Below are positions 49,501 through 62,530 of a stretch of DNA of 64,000 nucleotides, in pieces. The translations under genes and the position numbers were made by a program. Numbering within the stretch: the first letter of the stretch is position 1; each line of letters begins with the position of its first letter. The notes below the pieces were generated by a model. The model was given only the letters and a program-made list of their open reading frames with translations, did not search any database and was not told the origin of the DNA. Source of the DNA: Raillietiella orientalis (taxonomy: Eukaryota); assembly GCA_036172245.1 (NCBI GenBank), contig JAYWIR010000010.1, forward strand, positions 2,728,001 through 2,792,000. Direction: 5' to 3'.

Positions 49501-50010
49501 CCCCCGTGCCTACGTGCGACCCCAAACTGCATGCGGGACGAGGAACCGACCTTCCGTGCTCGACGTGTTCCGGCAGCTAATGTTCCTCCTACACAGTTCC
49601 GTGCACCGGACACGAACATGCAATGCACTTCCCTCCCGGGTGTCGGCCAGCGCATGGCGCCGCCCAGGCGTTCACCGCTCCGACGTGCCGCCCCACAAGT
49701 GGTGCCCCGTTGCAAACACCCGAAACCTTTAAAAGGCCTCTTCCGTCCAGGCCCAGGCGCGAACCTCGGAGGCCTCTCCCCGTGGGTTGCCTCCGGGGGT
49801 GCCCACCAAACGCTTCCTGCACTTCCGTGGACGGCGGCCGGGCCCGGCCAGCATCGGTGCACGCAGTTTTTTGCACAATCTGCCTGCACGCGGTGGGTGC
49901 CGCCGTCGAGTGGATCCCATCCGCTTCCGGGATTTTTCCTGTGATCCCCAAGTGGCTTAGCTGTGTGAGAATTTCGTAACGGGATATTCGGTCGCGGTTT
50001 GGCACGGGGG
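49501..50010. mobile_element. Possible degenerate MITE: GC-rich 510-bp insert with imperfect 21-bp terminal inverted repeats
   Basis: Left end cccccgtgcctacgtgcgacc versus the reverse complement of 49990-50010, cccccgtgccaaaccgcgacc (17/21). The interior is much more GC-rich than the flanks. Confidence 0.45.
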
Positions 50011-53000
50011 GAGGGAACGCGCCCTTAATTGTCAGCGACTGGGGTCTTCACGCAACGCGACTGCTTAACAACTGCGCCACTCGTGACCCAAAAGCAAGCT
50101 GACCACAAGGGTAGCTGCTCGCTCCTGGATAAATGGATCGTTCTGATTCCAATGCGTTTGTGTGTACGTTCGATTACGCAGTTTGTACCGTAAAGTAAGA
50201 GTTGCGCGGAGCCACGGTCACCAAAACAAAATGGTCAGCTGTTGCGATTCGGTGCAACCAACCCGAATCTCTGGTTAACCAACTGCCGTTGGCACGTTTT
50301 CTCTGTAGTAACCATGCATTGCTGACTGTTGCTTGAAGTAAACAGCCACTTTGTACGAATTTCGTGAGAGATTTTGCTGAATCAAAAACGAGTATCAAGC
50401 GGAGCACGTTTTCCTTTGGAATTTGCTCTCCTGGGCGTCCATACTATCCTTTCCCTAATGGAACCATTCCGAGCTTTTTGGTATCATTTAACATTTCGAA
50501 AACACCGCATGAATTGCCCATCATTGTGTGGATGTTGTCGATCTGCTGGAAAAAAACATCGTTCTGGCCTCGCACTAAAGCTACATGGCACGGAGACGTT
50601 GTGCTGGAAGTTCAGTTTCCCGCTTTTGCTTTTGGGGATTAGCAAAGCATTTTACCTATGGCTTGCCCTCCCACGCTGAGCACCACCCCCTTCTCAGCAC
50701 CCGCCTCGGTGAAAAGGATAACGAAACCAAACTTCGAAATGGAATGAAGCTGAAAAAGATAGCGCCACTTGATTTTCGAGGACTGCGTTATTTACATTAT
50801 GCATTTCAAGTTGTTCTAATGCTCGGCTGATGGCAGAGAAACGCTTTCGCCACCTCGGAAGCAAAGAAGGAATTTTCTGCATGAAAGGTTAACTGAAAGC
50901 ATAAGAACGAATTTTAATTGTTTCTTTTCTTATCTTTTTTTGCTCGTACGATTCATTTTAGGTGGTACGTTACATTGCTAATAGGAAATTCCCTGTTGCC
51001 ATTTCCCCCCCCCCCCCTGTGATGGACTTTCGTCCACTAATCTGATTAATTTTGTTCGGCCATCACTCCGTAAGACGAACAAGAAGCATGCTATTGTGTT
51101 GTTCGATCCTGAAGAGAAAAAACAAGCGCGTTCTTTGCTGTCGGAGTGAGTTTGAGCTGTTCTTTGAGTGCTGCTGAAGTCCAAAGACTCTCCGTCCGTA
51201 TTCCATCCACGGAGAACTCCAGACGAATGTCTGCAGTACACCGGAAAGATGATCCGGTGGTGCCTTCCGGCATCCTCGCTCTTGAGAGAGGTGGGGAATG
51301 AAAGTTGTCGCTCCAATCTTTCCCATCGCTTTCACCCCTGCCCTCTCATCTTTTCTCATCCGAGCATCCACCATGCGGAATTCCCGGAAACCCCGAAAAG
51401 ACGCAGCACAGTGGAAGGATAAAATTGGATTGCCGTCGTCCCACTTTCACTTTTCCTTCCAGCGTCCTCCTCCACGGTCAGGCAGCTCCGCGATCTGCAG
51501 TGAGCTCTTGCGATGAGTCGCCTGCAGCGTGCATCGCCCGAGTCGGCCTCGAAAAGAGTGCCTGGCCGTGACACGAGGAACAGATGAAAGAGCGCATTAG
51601 GATGACTCGCACAGCCCACATCATTCTCGGCATTCCCCAAGCAACGGAAAGCAAGGATAGAGTCGAGGGATGCCTTTCGAGGAGTTTATCCCCACGGCGC
51701 GCCTTAGAAGGGAGGGCCAGCACCGAGTGCTCGGCATCGGCACTGACGTTCGCTCAAATGGACCAAGGTGGCGAAACTCGCGGACCACCCAGCAAGGTAC
51801 AGTACCAAAGGGAAAGTCATGCCGGTCTGAGTCGAGTTTGCCGATAGGTGCGGCCCCAGCACATGCGGAGGATGCGCGTAGGAGAAAGAGAAGGAGAGAG
51901 AGAGAGATGGGGGGGCAGAGAGATTTCCTATCGACCTTCGGAGAGGCTCGCTTGATATCACGCGGAAGGATGAGTTAGGCTTGGCCTCTCAGATGAGTCC
52001 TCTCCGTCCTCGCCCTTCCCATATTGCCACCTCGCCTCCTTCCATAGCCCTTGGCTCCTTCCATCCCAAACATTCCGAGCCGGCTGGTCACTCGCTGAAG
52101 ACCAGAAGCTGCTGCTGATGCTCCTCCTCCTCATCCTCTCTACCTCGTAGGGATGCGAATGATTTGCTTGCTAAACATCCTCTGAAGCCGGCTGTCGTGG
52201 TTAGTTTTTTTGCAAAGGACCTTTGTTCAGAGAGGCGGAACTGTCGGCAAAGCCACGACTTCGGGCTACAAAAAGTGCGGGCGGAAGAAAGGATTCCTCG
52301 GAGACTTCAGGGCATGGCGATCTTGGAGATGGCTGCGGGCAGTTCAGTTGCTGCTGGAAGAGCAGCGAGGAGACGGAGGCGTGCAAGAGGTTTCCGACGT
52401 CAGGGTCAAACACGTCGAACTCGAGGATGGACCCGAGACACCAGCGGAGAAATCACAGACAGTCCTGAAGCTGGACGGCGCTTCCGTCTTCGTCTCTCGT
52501 GGCTCAGGCCACGGAAGATGAAGACGGAAGCACGAAGGAAGACTCCTAAGGGGCACGGGACAACCCCTGAAGAACGCCTTCAAAAGCGTGCAGGTAGTTC
52601 GCGAGCTGTTCGAGAGGTGCTGAAGCGCCCAATGCCCCCCAGGGTATCTGCGATCCCTTGCAGTCGACGGGGCAGGAGCAGAGACGATCGAATTGATCGG
52701 AAGCATCTTCCTGGAGAGCATCTTCTCCCTTCCTCCTTGCAATGCATCCTCGGGAGAAGAGGAACCACGCGGAAAAGGAGAGGATGCTGCGAACGCCGGA
52801 AAAGAATCTGTCCGCGGAGGTGGTCCACGATCTCAAACCTCTGCTCACTGGACTGCTCCTAGAGACGCATCTTCGGTGAATGAAGATTCCGCTTGTCCGA
52901 TGAACTGGAGGGACGGTCTCCAAATAGAGGATCTTGGGTTCAGAGACTCCGCGTCTCCCGCGGAGGAGTTAGGGGGCTCCTTCCTCACGGATCTGCGTCC

Positions 53001-56000
53001 GCAGAAGAAGGGGAAACGAAGGCGCACAGAACGGAGGAGGTCCCCACGCGAAGGCGTGAGCAGCGGAGGAACCCAGGGCCCCGGATGCCAGCAAAGGCCG
53101 CCAATGCTCAGCAGGATGATCCTGACCGCATCCGTTATCCCGGAGAAAAGCTCTACGACGGCATTGGTCTTCCGCTCTGGCAGGGGGTGGCAACCCTGGA
53201 ACGAAAGCGGACGGGGCCGGTCTCCAAGGTAACGGTCAAGTATGGTAACCACCACGACATCTCTCACCTTCCCTTACCATGTCTGCGAACTGCTTCGTGG
53301 TTTCACCCGGCCCTGCAGTTCCTTGCAGAGGGATTCCTTCCCTCGTCCTCACCATTTTTTCATGGCTCCGTTGAGAAGTCCGCTCAGCTCCCTCCCCCCT
53401 CCTTCCAGGTTGTTTCATCGTGGAGAACAGCGGAGAACGGAACGTGGAAACCTACTGTTCCCACCTTCCTGAATCCACTCTTAGGAAATATCTTGTTCTC
53501 TCAAAAGTCCTGCGGGAGTGTTCCCTGAAAAAGATTCCTCCAGACGAGATCCTCCGTCGTAGGATGCAACAGTGCCGCATTCTCTGGGACGCCATTCGGC
53601 GCCCCTCGCCTGTTTTTCGACTGAGGGAGAGAAAAGCGATGGGGTCGATCGGGATATGGATGGAGGGCCACGGAAGCAGTCCCTGCTCCCGTCTGCCTTT
53701 CTTTTCTGTCCCTTTTATCTCCCTACATCTGGAAAAAAGTGAGGGTCGATCGGAAGGACGGGAGCTGGGTGGAGGGTGGTCGTCAACCTGGTGACCTTTC
53801 GTCTCCGTCTGTCGCGCAAGAAGTAGGACGGACGCAGACCACCCGCAAGAAGGGAAATCCCAAGGGGCTCTTAGAGGAGGAGGCTCTCCACAGAAGCAGA
53901 GGGTCCCCTGGAGAAGCTGCTCGTGGCGCCCCGAAGGGCCCTCTGGCCGCCACGCGTGCTTTTCCACAGGGAACTGCCCGAGCCACCGGGAAGCATCCCT
54001 CCGGAAGGCAGGTAGGCAGCGTGGGGCTCCGAGGACCCAGGAAGCTCTAGAGTCTTGCAAAAAGCCTCAGCCAGGGCAACGCTCCGAGCCCCTTAGAGCA
54101 GCCCGCGAAGCGGGCGGATGGGCGGCCGGCGAGGGAAGGCAAGACGAATTGCCGACGGGAGCCGTCGTGGGCCGAAGGGGAAGGAAGAGGGGGAAAGGAA
54201 GTGGAGAGACCCCTCGGGGCCGGAGAGGGCGGTCCTTATGCTAGCAAGAGCAGCAGCAGCGGCGCCGCTGATGCGGACGGGGGAGCGCCACGCCCTACAG
54301 GCTCGCGGGGAGCGGAAGGGCGGCGCAGCGAGGACACTTCCGGGAATCTCTCATCGCCCCGGAAGACGGAGGGAAGGATCGCATGCAGAGACAGCGGAGC
54401 GAAGAGATGCTCACGCTCCTCCCCTCGACGGGGGTGGGGGGAGGATGGGGTTCTCCTCTTCCCTCCCCGTCGTTTCCGGACGCCCAGCCGCTTCTCAGCG
54501 CTCCAGGACCTTCGCCAACTTCCCTCTTCCGCTCCCGGCCCCTCCTGCAGTCCTTCGCTCAGCAGGCTCTCTCTTTCCCCGCAGTGCGGTCCTCCCCTTC
54601 TTCCTGGTGCAGTGCCCCTCAGACCTGCCCGGTGCCCTCAGGCGGTTTGCACTTCTCGGACACACATCGAACAGTATGGTGAGCCTCCCCTCGCAGTTTT
54701 CACGGGGAGCGAGCGGGCAGGTCGGGACTGCGACAGTTCGTGTTCGATTGCGGCGGTCCCAAAGCCCTTCCTCTGGCTCACCCTACCTCCCATGGACCCC
54801 CTGACTCGCAAGGGGAGGGAGGAGGAAGCGTGCGTTTGAAGAAAAGCTCTCCTTGTCGGGTGATTGGCAAGAGGTGGCAACGATCTTCCCCTTAAAGGGT
54901 CGCCTGGGGCATGGACCAGCCCGCCACGGTGTTCTGGCGACCGGAGCATCTCCTCATCCTCCTTCTCCTCTCTGTTTGCTTCCCGTGCTGGCGCCTTAGT
55001 TACACAGCGAGCGGCGGGCGGGTCGTCTCCGGTCCACACAGAGGGAGGAGAGGCAAGGGAGGGGGCGTCTTCCCTGCGGTTCCGGTTGACCGAGGCCAAG
55101 GCACGCGGGTCCAAGCGGTTCTCTTTTTCCCGGTGTACCCCGCGGCGTTTTTTCGCCCTCGCAAGGCCGCTCCCCCCGCCCTTACGGCGCATCTTCCATC
55201 ATCTTTCCTTACCCGCATCTTCCTCCATTTTCCTCATCTTCCACTGGGTCGGTAGCCGACTGGGAGGGTGCAGAAACTGTTGTCGGGCGGCGTTCCTCGA
55301 GCATCAGGGAAGCTCTCGAGTTCAGATGGGGACTCCCACCTCCTGAGTTCCGAACGGGAGGTGGAATCAACTAAGGATCCTCCGACGGGAGCGGAGGAAC
55401 CCCCACGGGCAACCAGGGAAATCCATCTTCCTGACCAGGAGAGGGGTGGCTGCTGTCCAGCGTCGCATGGGAAGGGGAGGAGCTTCGGATCCGGGAAAGC
55501 TCCGGATGAGATGCAGTCCGGAGGTTCATTTACTGGGCAGTCCTGCTAGCCGGAGGATGGGTTCCTCAGATCAGGGTTCACTGTCTGCGCTCTCATGGAG
55601 ATTCCCGTTCCGTAGCCGCGCCCAAGACGGAAACCACCGCCTGGATACTGGGTAAGAGCTCTTTTACCACCGTCGTTCCGAGAGACCGGTCCTCTACACT
55701 TCCATCTTCATCATCCGCCGCCGCCGACAGATTGAAGAAGCGGATGCTTCCCCCGGGAGATTCCGGCGTGGTTCGCCTTCCCCCTTCCTACGGGAAGACC
55801 TGCGGGCCCCTTTCAATCGGTGGCCACAGCAGGTCACCCTCTCAGGCCTGCACGAACTGCTCTCCCCTTCCCAGCCAAGAGCGCCATATTTTGAATGAGA
55901 GGGAGACTCCGCGAGCAGGCAAGAGGCTCCTGTCTGTAATGGAGCTTCCCATAAAGAACTCGAGATATAGGCGTAGCCGGCCCTACCTAAGACGGAGGGC

Positions 56001-59000
56001 GCGGAGGTGCTCGCCTCCCGGTTTTTCCCATCCCCCCCCCTTCCCTTCCTGGCGCGTCTGCATGGCCAAGGTCGGCCATTGAGGATTTGGGGATGTAGCC
56101 CCGGCCTGGACCGATAGCGCTCGTGAAGGCTCACCGAGGTGGGGAGGGGAAAAAGCTCAGGCGTCGGAGGCGGTGTGCTTGCTCCAGGATTGCGGCATAT
56201 AGTCTTTGGCCAAGAACGGAGAGCCGGAAGCCCTTCTCAAGACGAGGCAGGGACGCTGGAGATCGTCCCCCCTACATGGTCTCTAGCAGGGACAATCCCC
56301 CTCTGGCAGGGAGGTTCCCTTCCTCCCCGCCGCCTCTGCGTCTCAGACATGTCAGCAAGCAGAGTCCTCCGGAGAATGGATGCGAGAAGGACTCCCCGAG
56401 CAAGCGGTAGCCCCTCTAGAGGCTCTGTCTGCATAGGAGGAGGCCGTAACACTGGCTTCGGATGCCGGGAGACGGTCTCTCCTTCTCTTACCTTGTCTTC
56501 CTTTCTGGATGCCTCTTGACACCGCTACCCTCGTCCGCCTCTGCCCCCTGGAGAGCAGCAGCCTCACTACGTTTTCGTTCGAGCGCTTGCCCAAGAACAT
56601 GCAGGTCGGGCACGAACTCGAAAGGAGGAACGGAGCTTGAAGGAGGCATCTTGAGGGGGATTGAGCTCTGGACCCAAGCAAGTAGCCGCCCAAGAGTGCT
56701 GCTCTCTGTGCTTTGCGGATGCTTTTTCCGGTTGGAATTCGCGAGGTATCCTTTGGAACGCTTCCATCCGTTCCCTAAGGCGCCCTGAGACAATCAACTC
56801 TTTACGTCTCCTGCTGTTCCTCTCTGAGTTTCTTTTCCCCACGAAGCGCATTCCAGGGATCCTCTTTTCTTTCCAGAAGTCTGTCTCGACCAGCGTGGCC
56901 AGCAGCACCTTGGAGGAAGGTCGCAATAACAACGACCTACCCTCGAGGCTTTTCACAGCTTAAAATTTGGATTTGGTTTCCTGTTTGGGAATCTATACGT
57001 ACATGTGTACATACTACACATGCATATATACTCCTAGTGAACGTACGCAAGTGTTCCCTCGCTCACCCACACACCCAAGTATTTCTGGCAGCTTCTGTGG
57101 ATCGATCGGATTCCGTAGATGTTTTCTTCCTTTGTCCTCAGGGCCTGCGGTGGGATTTGACTGAAACTTTCTCATTCAGAAAATCTTGCCTTCAGGCTGC
57201 TCTCCGATCGCCCACTTCACCTTGTCCTTCGATCTCCAGACAAACACGTAATGATTCCTTTTCCTCTTCACTGGTCTAACGAAACTTCATTTTTCTTCTT
57301 CTGTTGTTGTCCATCTGCGTGCGCTTCAGCGATTAGGGGAAAACTCCAGACTTTTTTCTCTTTATGGGCCATGAGTGTGCGTGCGTGCGTGTGTGTTTCC
57401 AGAGCGTTTTCCTCGATTTGCCCACGCATTAGCGTGCGCGCATGCGTGAGCTCCAGAGAGCTGCATACTCCGCCCGTCACTTAGGGCGGCGCTCTGGTGG
57501 TTCTGCGTCGCAAGCGCTCTCTCCCGGGTGGGTGGGTGAGTGAGGGGGGGGGGGAGAGAGAGGGAGAGGGGGTGCGTGTGCGCATCTGGCGTACGTTTTT
57601 GCAGTCACAAAGCGCACTTCCTCTGCACCCGATCCGTCATCCACTCTCTGGAGCGTCCTCAGAGGATTCACTTGCGAGAGCTCGGCTGCAGGGGACCACA
57701 GCGCATCGTCCATCCATTGCTGCACGCTCTTTCACTCTACCGTCTCGTTTCCCCTTCTTCCTTGCACGCTGCTGAGCATTTTGAGACCTTCCGCATCACG
57801 CGCTGGACGGCTTCTTCCCTTCGAGACATTCTTCGACAGTCATCCGGCCGCTCGCCAGTGCCATCTTTTGCATCTCGGGCCCCTTCGCACGAAATGGAAA
57901 ATTCCAGAGAAGCCTCCATCAACACGGTCATGACGTAATCGTTTAGGATCCGCCGTGCGGAAATTGGAGGCTTTCCTTGTTGCACCCACCAGAGGGAAAG
58001 GCTTCGAAAACCAGAAACGGAAGGGTCCCTCCTGGTTTATGGACCGATCCAACAACACCTGATGTATGGGGAAACTGTGAGATGTAGATATCGTCGGGAA
58101 GAAAGTTCTCTCCTGCCGTTCGTCTCCCACAAACTGCGAAAGGCTGCATCCGAACGCGCGGCATTTAAATGTGCGCACAAATTGCTCGCTGGTGCGTGAG
58201 GAAAACACCGAGTTGGGCTGAGCTGCCAGGACGAAAGGGGAGGAAGATTTGGACGGGCAGGAGAGTTGCCGGGAGCAGACGTGGGCAACATGCGGAACTT
58301 TTTTTGAAGCTGGAGAGTTGACCTCCTCAATGCGAGGTCCGCTAATATGCATCTACCACTTCACACATCGAAAAAAAAAAAAAAAAAAAAATGAAGAGCT
58401 TCCATGAATAACTTGCGGTGATACAAAGGAATCTGCCGTGGAGCAGGAAGTTTGTGTTTCGAAGCTACGAGCTCGGCTTGCGCACCCCGGCGTGACCAGG
58501 CGAAAATTTAAAGACACTGTGGGTCAGATGCACTTAAATTCATGTCCTTTGTTTAGCAAATTCATTTTGCTACGGGATTTCAAACGTGATGTTTCAAACA
58601 TGCATGGACAGCTCCCCACCTCCTGAAGTGCTCGATGCTGACGCGCTGGGGAGAAAGGAAGTGTGCGAGGTGAGCACCAGCAGTTCCGTGCAGCTTGGAC
58701 CCAGGAATCGTACTTCGAGGAAGCACGAAAAAAAAAGTGCATGCTGAATTTGTCGGGAAGCTTCCGCAGCCATGAAAAAATGCAACGTCCCGAAGCATTT
58801 CGCCACACAGCATAAAGAGACCGAAAGTGTAACTTCTGAAGCTTGAAAGACGAAAGTGTGTACTGCGGCATGAGTTAATAACACACCCAGGGTTGAAAAC
58901 CCATTGTGGGTGCGAACTACGTAGCCGCTAGTCGCTGAATGGAATTCTAATTGGGCTGAATATCTCAAACTACACTCGCAAAGGTGGTTTTTTGAAGAAT

Positions 59001-62000
59001 GCGCTGCAACAGCTGTCGAGATCGAAAGTCTGCACACGGTGATGCTCTTCGAAAAAGTTCACCCGTGTCTCGAGGATTCACAGGATGGAGGCTGATGGCT
59101 GACCGACTCGGTGTCTGTGAAGTGCAGGCACCTCTCTTCCTTTTTGGCAGACTGATGAGACAACGGACACAGCTGATAGCTCGAATACAGCTCAGTTGTC
59201 CATTCTTTGTTAGGGCACCGGACAGAGAAATGAATTTTATTTTTGAAGATCTGCTTCGGCAGATTCCTCTTCCAGGTGCTACCACGAGAGAACGCTTTAA
59301 GGAACAAGTTTTACTGAAATGCAATTTTCCATGAGAAAAACTCTTCCCGTTAGCGGATTAGCAATGTGGTCGTCTGAAAGAGAAATCAAAGTCAAGCGGA
59401 AGTGTATCAGGAACACCTTTGGCTCCCATTAGACATCCTTTCAGTACGAAGCTAAGTGTACAAATTCCATTAAGAACGTGGTCTTAATCGTCGTCGATTT
59501 AAACAGCTTCTATCCCAAGGACATGAGTATCTTCTGTATTGTTCCCTCATTAGGGCGGCTCAGTAAGGGTGAAGCGTCAAGAGGAGCTCAAAGAGGTGTT
59601 GTTTATGAATATGGGAAATTGTCCTGTCCTCGAATAATAGGAAAGGGCGATCTGGCATTTCTCGCAAGTGTCCCTGCCCGTAAGTGTCCTCGATACCAAA
59701 CTTCAAAGTGCTAACCACCATTACCATATCGCTGCCCTTCAAACGAAACCCACAGTGTGGGAAAACAGGCTGGCTAGCAGCGACTGGTGGACACATCTCG
59801 CCACACTGCAATCAAAGCATCCGGCATCTGATGCGAAGGATGCTGAGGAATGTCAGAGAACTCGAAACGAAGTCGAAGAGAATTCGAAAACAGGTTTGTA
59901 GCGTTTCATGAAATTCGGACGGAACTCCGTTTCCGGTGCAACCAAGGGACTTTAGATTTTTCATCCCGCGTTGATCTCTTTCACAGGCCGATGATTCACC
60001 CAGAGTTGAATTCCGCTCACTCCAGCCGACTCAATTTCGTGTCCCACACGTGAAACGGTGGGCCTCAAAAATAAACGCCTCGTTCGGAGCTGCCTATGGG
60101 TGCGAACGTTTTCTCAAAAATGATCACCGTAGAAACGGGAGAGGAAAAGCTTCGCAACGGTGTCGCTGCTGGTTCTCAGCTCTGTTCTTAGACCGCAGCA
60201 CAGGACACGGGAATCCCACTTTTAAGCAGCCATGATGGTGATCCATCTATTAGAAAGAATCGATGGTTTTCATCGCTCGGTTTCATTTAGTTTATCGTTG
60301 GTGTGTGCATTATAAGGAAGGATGCGACAAGTCTGTACACTAAGTTTAATTGTATTGTTTACTGGATTGTTCAATATTTTTATAGGTATGAGATAAGCGA
60401 ACTTTTGATACCTGGATGTAAACACTTCGTCTACTTCAGTAAAGGAACTCACGGATGACGAGAACTTTGCTCACATTTGACCCGACTGAGAAATAACTGA
60501 CCACTAAGGTTTTTTCCCTTTTTACCGTTGTGATCGCTTTGTTCGGTGTTTCGTGAACGGAATTGTTCTTTGACAAAGGAAACTTATTGTCCATTTCTTC
60601 CATTCACTCCCCCGTGAGTCCATCTCCAGCACTGACAACTGTAGAAAGAACGTTAATGTCGGCGAAGCAAGAGAACGTATCAAATATAAAAATAATAGGA
60701 TAAAAAAAAAAAAGGATTTATATTCATATGGCGTGACAACGGTGGATGAAAACAGCTTACATGCGAGAAATCGGCATCCCTTTTTGATAAAATTGTGACC
60801 TACAGCACATTTCTGGAACGGACGCTGAGACAACAAGGCTGCCTGTGACTGGGAGCTTGGCGGGGAGAGTCCAAATTCTGCCGTGCCAAGCGATCGCTCC
60901 CCCTTCGTCTTTGCTCCTCAGCAGCAGGGGAGGAAGAAGCTTTGCGAAGCCTTCATGGGCCGTCGGGATTACAAGCAGTGTGGTGTGTGTGCCCCAACCG
61001 TCCTCAGTCGCAGGTGTTTGAAGGCAAGCGCATGAGCAGCGAAGGGGCATAAGTCAGAGACTCCCTTTCGGCCAGATTCGTCTCTCTCCTGCATGGAGAG
61101 AGGAAAGCTGCTCCGGGAGAGGTGCTGCAGATATGAGCGGCGCGTGAGGTGGTGCCAATGCAACCCTTGGCTGCCACTGAGGGTCTGGCTCCCGTTGGCG
61201 GTTCTGAGGGTGAAGGAGGCTTCCAACACAGCCGTGCGGACCAGCGCGAACCATCCGAGGGAGCGCAGAATGAAAGCTCTTCGGAGTCGCCCTCGGAAAG
61301 CAACCGGAAGCGGCCATCGACAAGAGTAACCGACCCGAGAAAGTGACTCGAAAAAAAAAAAAAAAGCGGGAAAGTGGAAAGAGATTCTGGTAGGGCTCTT
61401 TCGTCTCGGGGCCGCGCCGAATGGGAAAAGCATGTGCAAGACGGAAGTCCGAGGAACAGATGCCGCTTGCTTCTCCGTCTGGGATGGAGACATTGGAAAA
61501 CTTGAGCTTCGTTTCGCCGCGGTCCGGCAGGTTAATGCACCTGGGAAGATTCCCATCTCGCTGTCATCTGCCTCTCTCCGGCGTACCATTAGCCAAGAAA
61601 CTTCACTAATGGAAACATGGACCACTGAATTCGACTTTTTTTTTTTTTTTTTTTAAAAAAAAGAACACTGTAACACTCACCCTGTCTTATTATTGTTACT
61701 TTCATGACTGATACTGTGATCATCATGCATGTCATTAATACTGTTCTTCCGCTTATTATTATTAGCCTAGAGACTGCAGTCATGTCATCTTATTGCCGCT
61801 CTTGCAGGCAGATCATCGTTAAAAACCGATCGTTTTCTTATCCTGTTGTCGTCACTGACTCGATCTCCTCCATGGTAATCCGGTGCTTTGCAGTCGGAGC
61901 TTAGCGACTCGGGAAGAAGCTCGGGAAACAGAAAAAAGGGAATGAGGAAAAAGGGAAAAAGGGAAGTGACCATTAAACTCTTTTTGCACTGCTTGTATTG

Positions 62001-62274
62001 TATATTCTTTATCATATAACATATACTTTATTTTCTTTGTACTGACCTTGACTCGAGGAAGCTTTCAGCGGAAATTTCCCGGCGAAAACCAGAGTCTCTC
62101 CAGGGACACGTGGAAGCTGCGCGTCCCTGGAATTTCCTGGGTAGGGTTCCATTTTTCCGAAAGGTATGCCGTGGTTCCCGCGACGGTTTCGGACTTTGAC
62201 ATTTTCACTGGAGGCAAAGGCAAAAGCAATAGTCCGCAGGAAGCTGTGCAACGAAAAACCGTTTCAAGGAACGA

Positions 62275-62530
62275 GCGACCAGGTGTTTGGCAGGCGACGC
62301 GCGGTGCACGCGTGCCGCGCATTGTTGCGCACCGCATTCCGGGCTGCGGTTTCGTGTGACGGGGCGACCAGGTGTTTGGCAGGCGACGCGCGGTGCACGC
62401 GTGCCGCGCATTGTTGCGCACCGCATTCCGGGCTGCGGTTTCGTGTGACGGGGCGACCAGGTGTTTGGCAGGCGACGCGCGGTGCACACGTGCCGCGCAT
62501 TGTTGCGCACCCCATTCCGGGCTGCGGTTT
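62275..62530. repeat. Tandem minisatellite, 89-bp GC-rich unit, about 2.9 copies
   Basis: Unit gcgaccaggtgtttggcaggcgacgcgcggtgcacgcgtgccgcgcattgttgcgcaccgcattccgggctgcggtttcgtgtgacggg starts at 62275, 62364 and 62453; the third copy has 2 substitutions and is truncated. Confidence 0.96.

Noticed and set aside
61681..61770. Minus-strand exon-like segment (ANNNKRKNSINDMHDDHSISHESNNNKT, strong gtgagt donor) as the WDR62 first exon
   Set aside because: The phase-0 frame has a stop just before the donor, and the sequence resembles a degenerate ATN triplet repeat.
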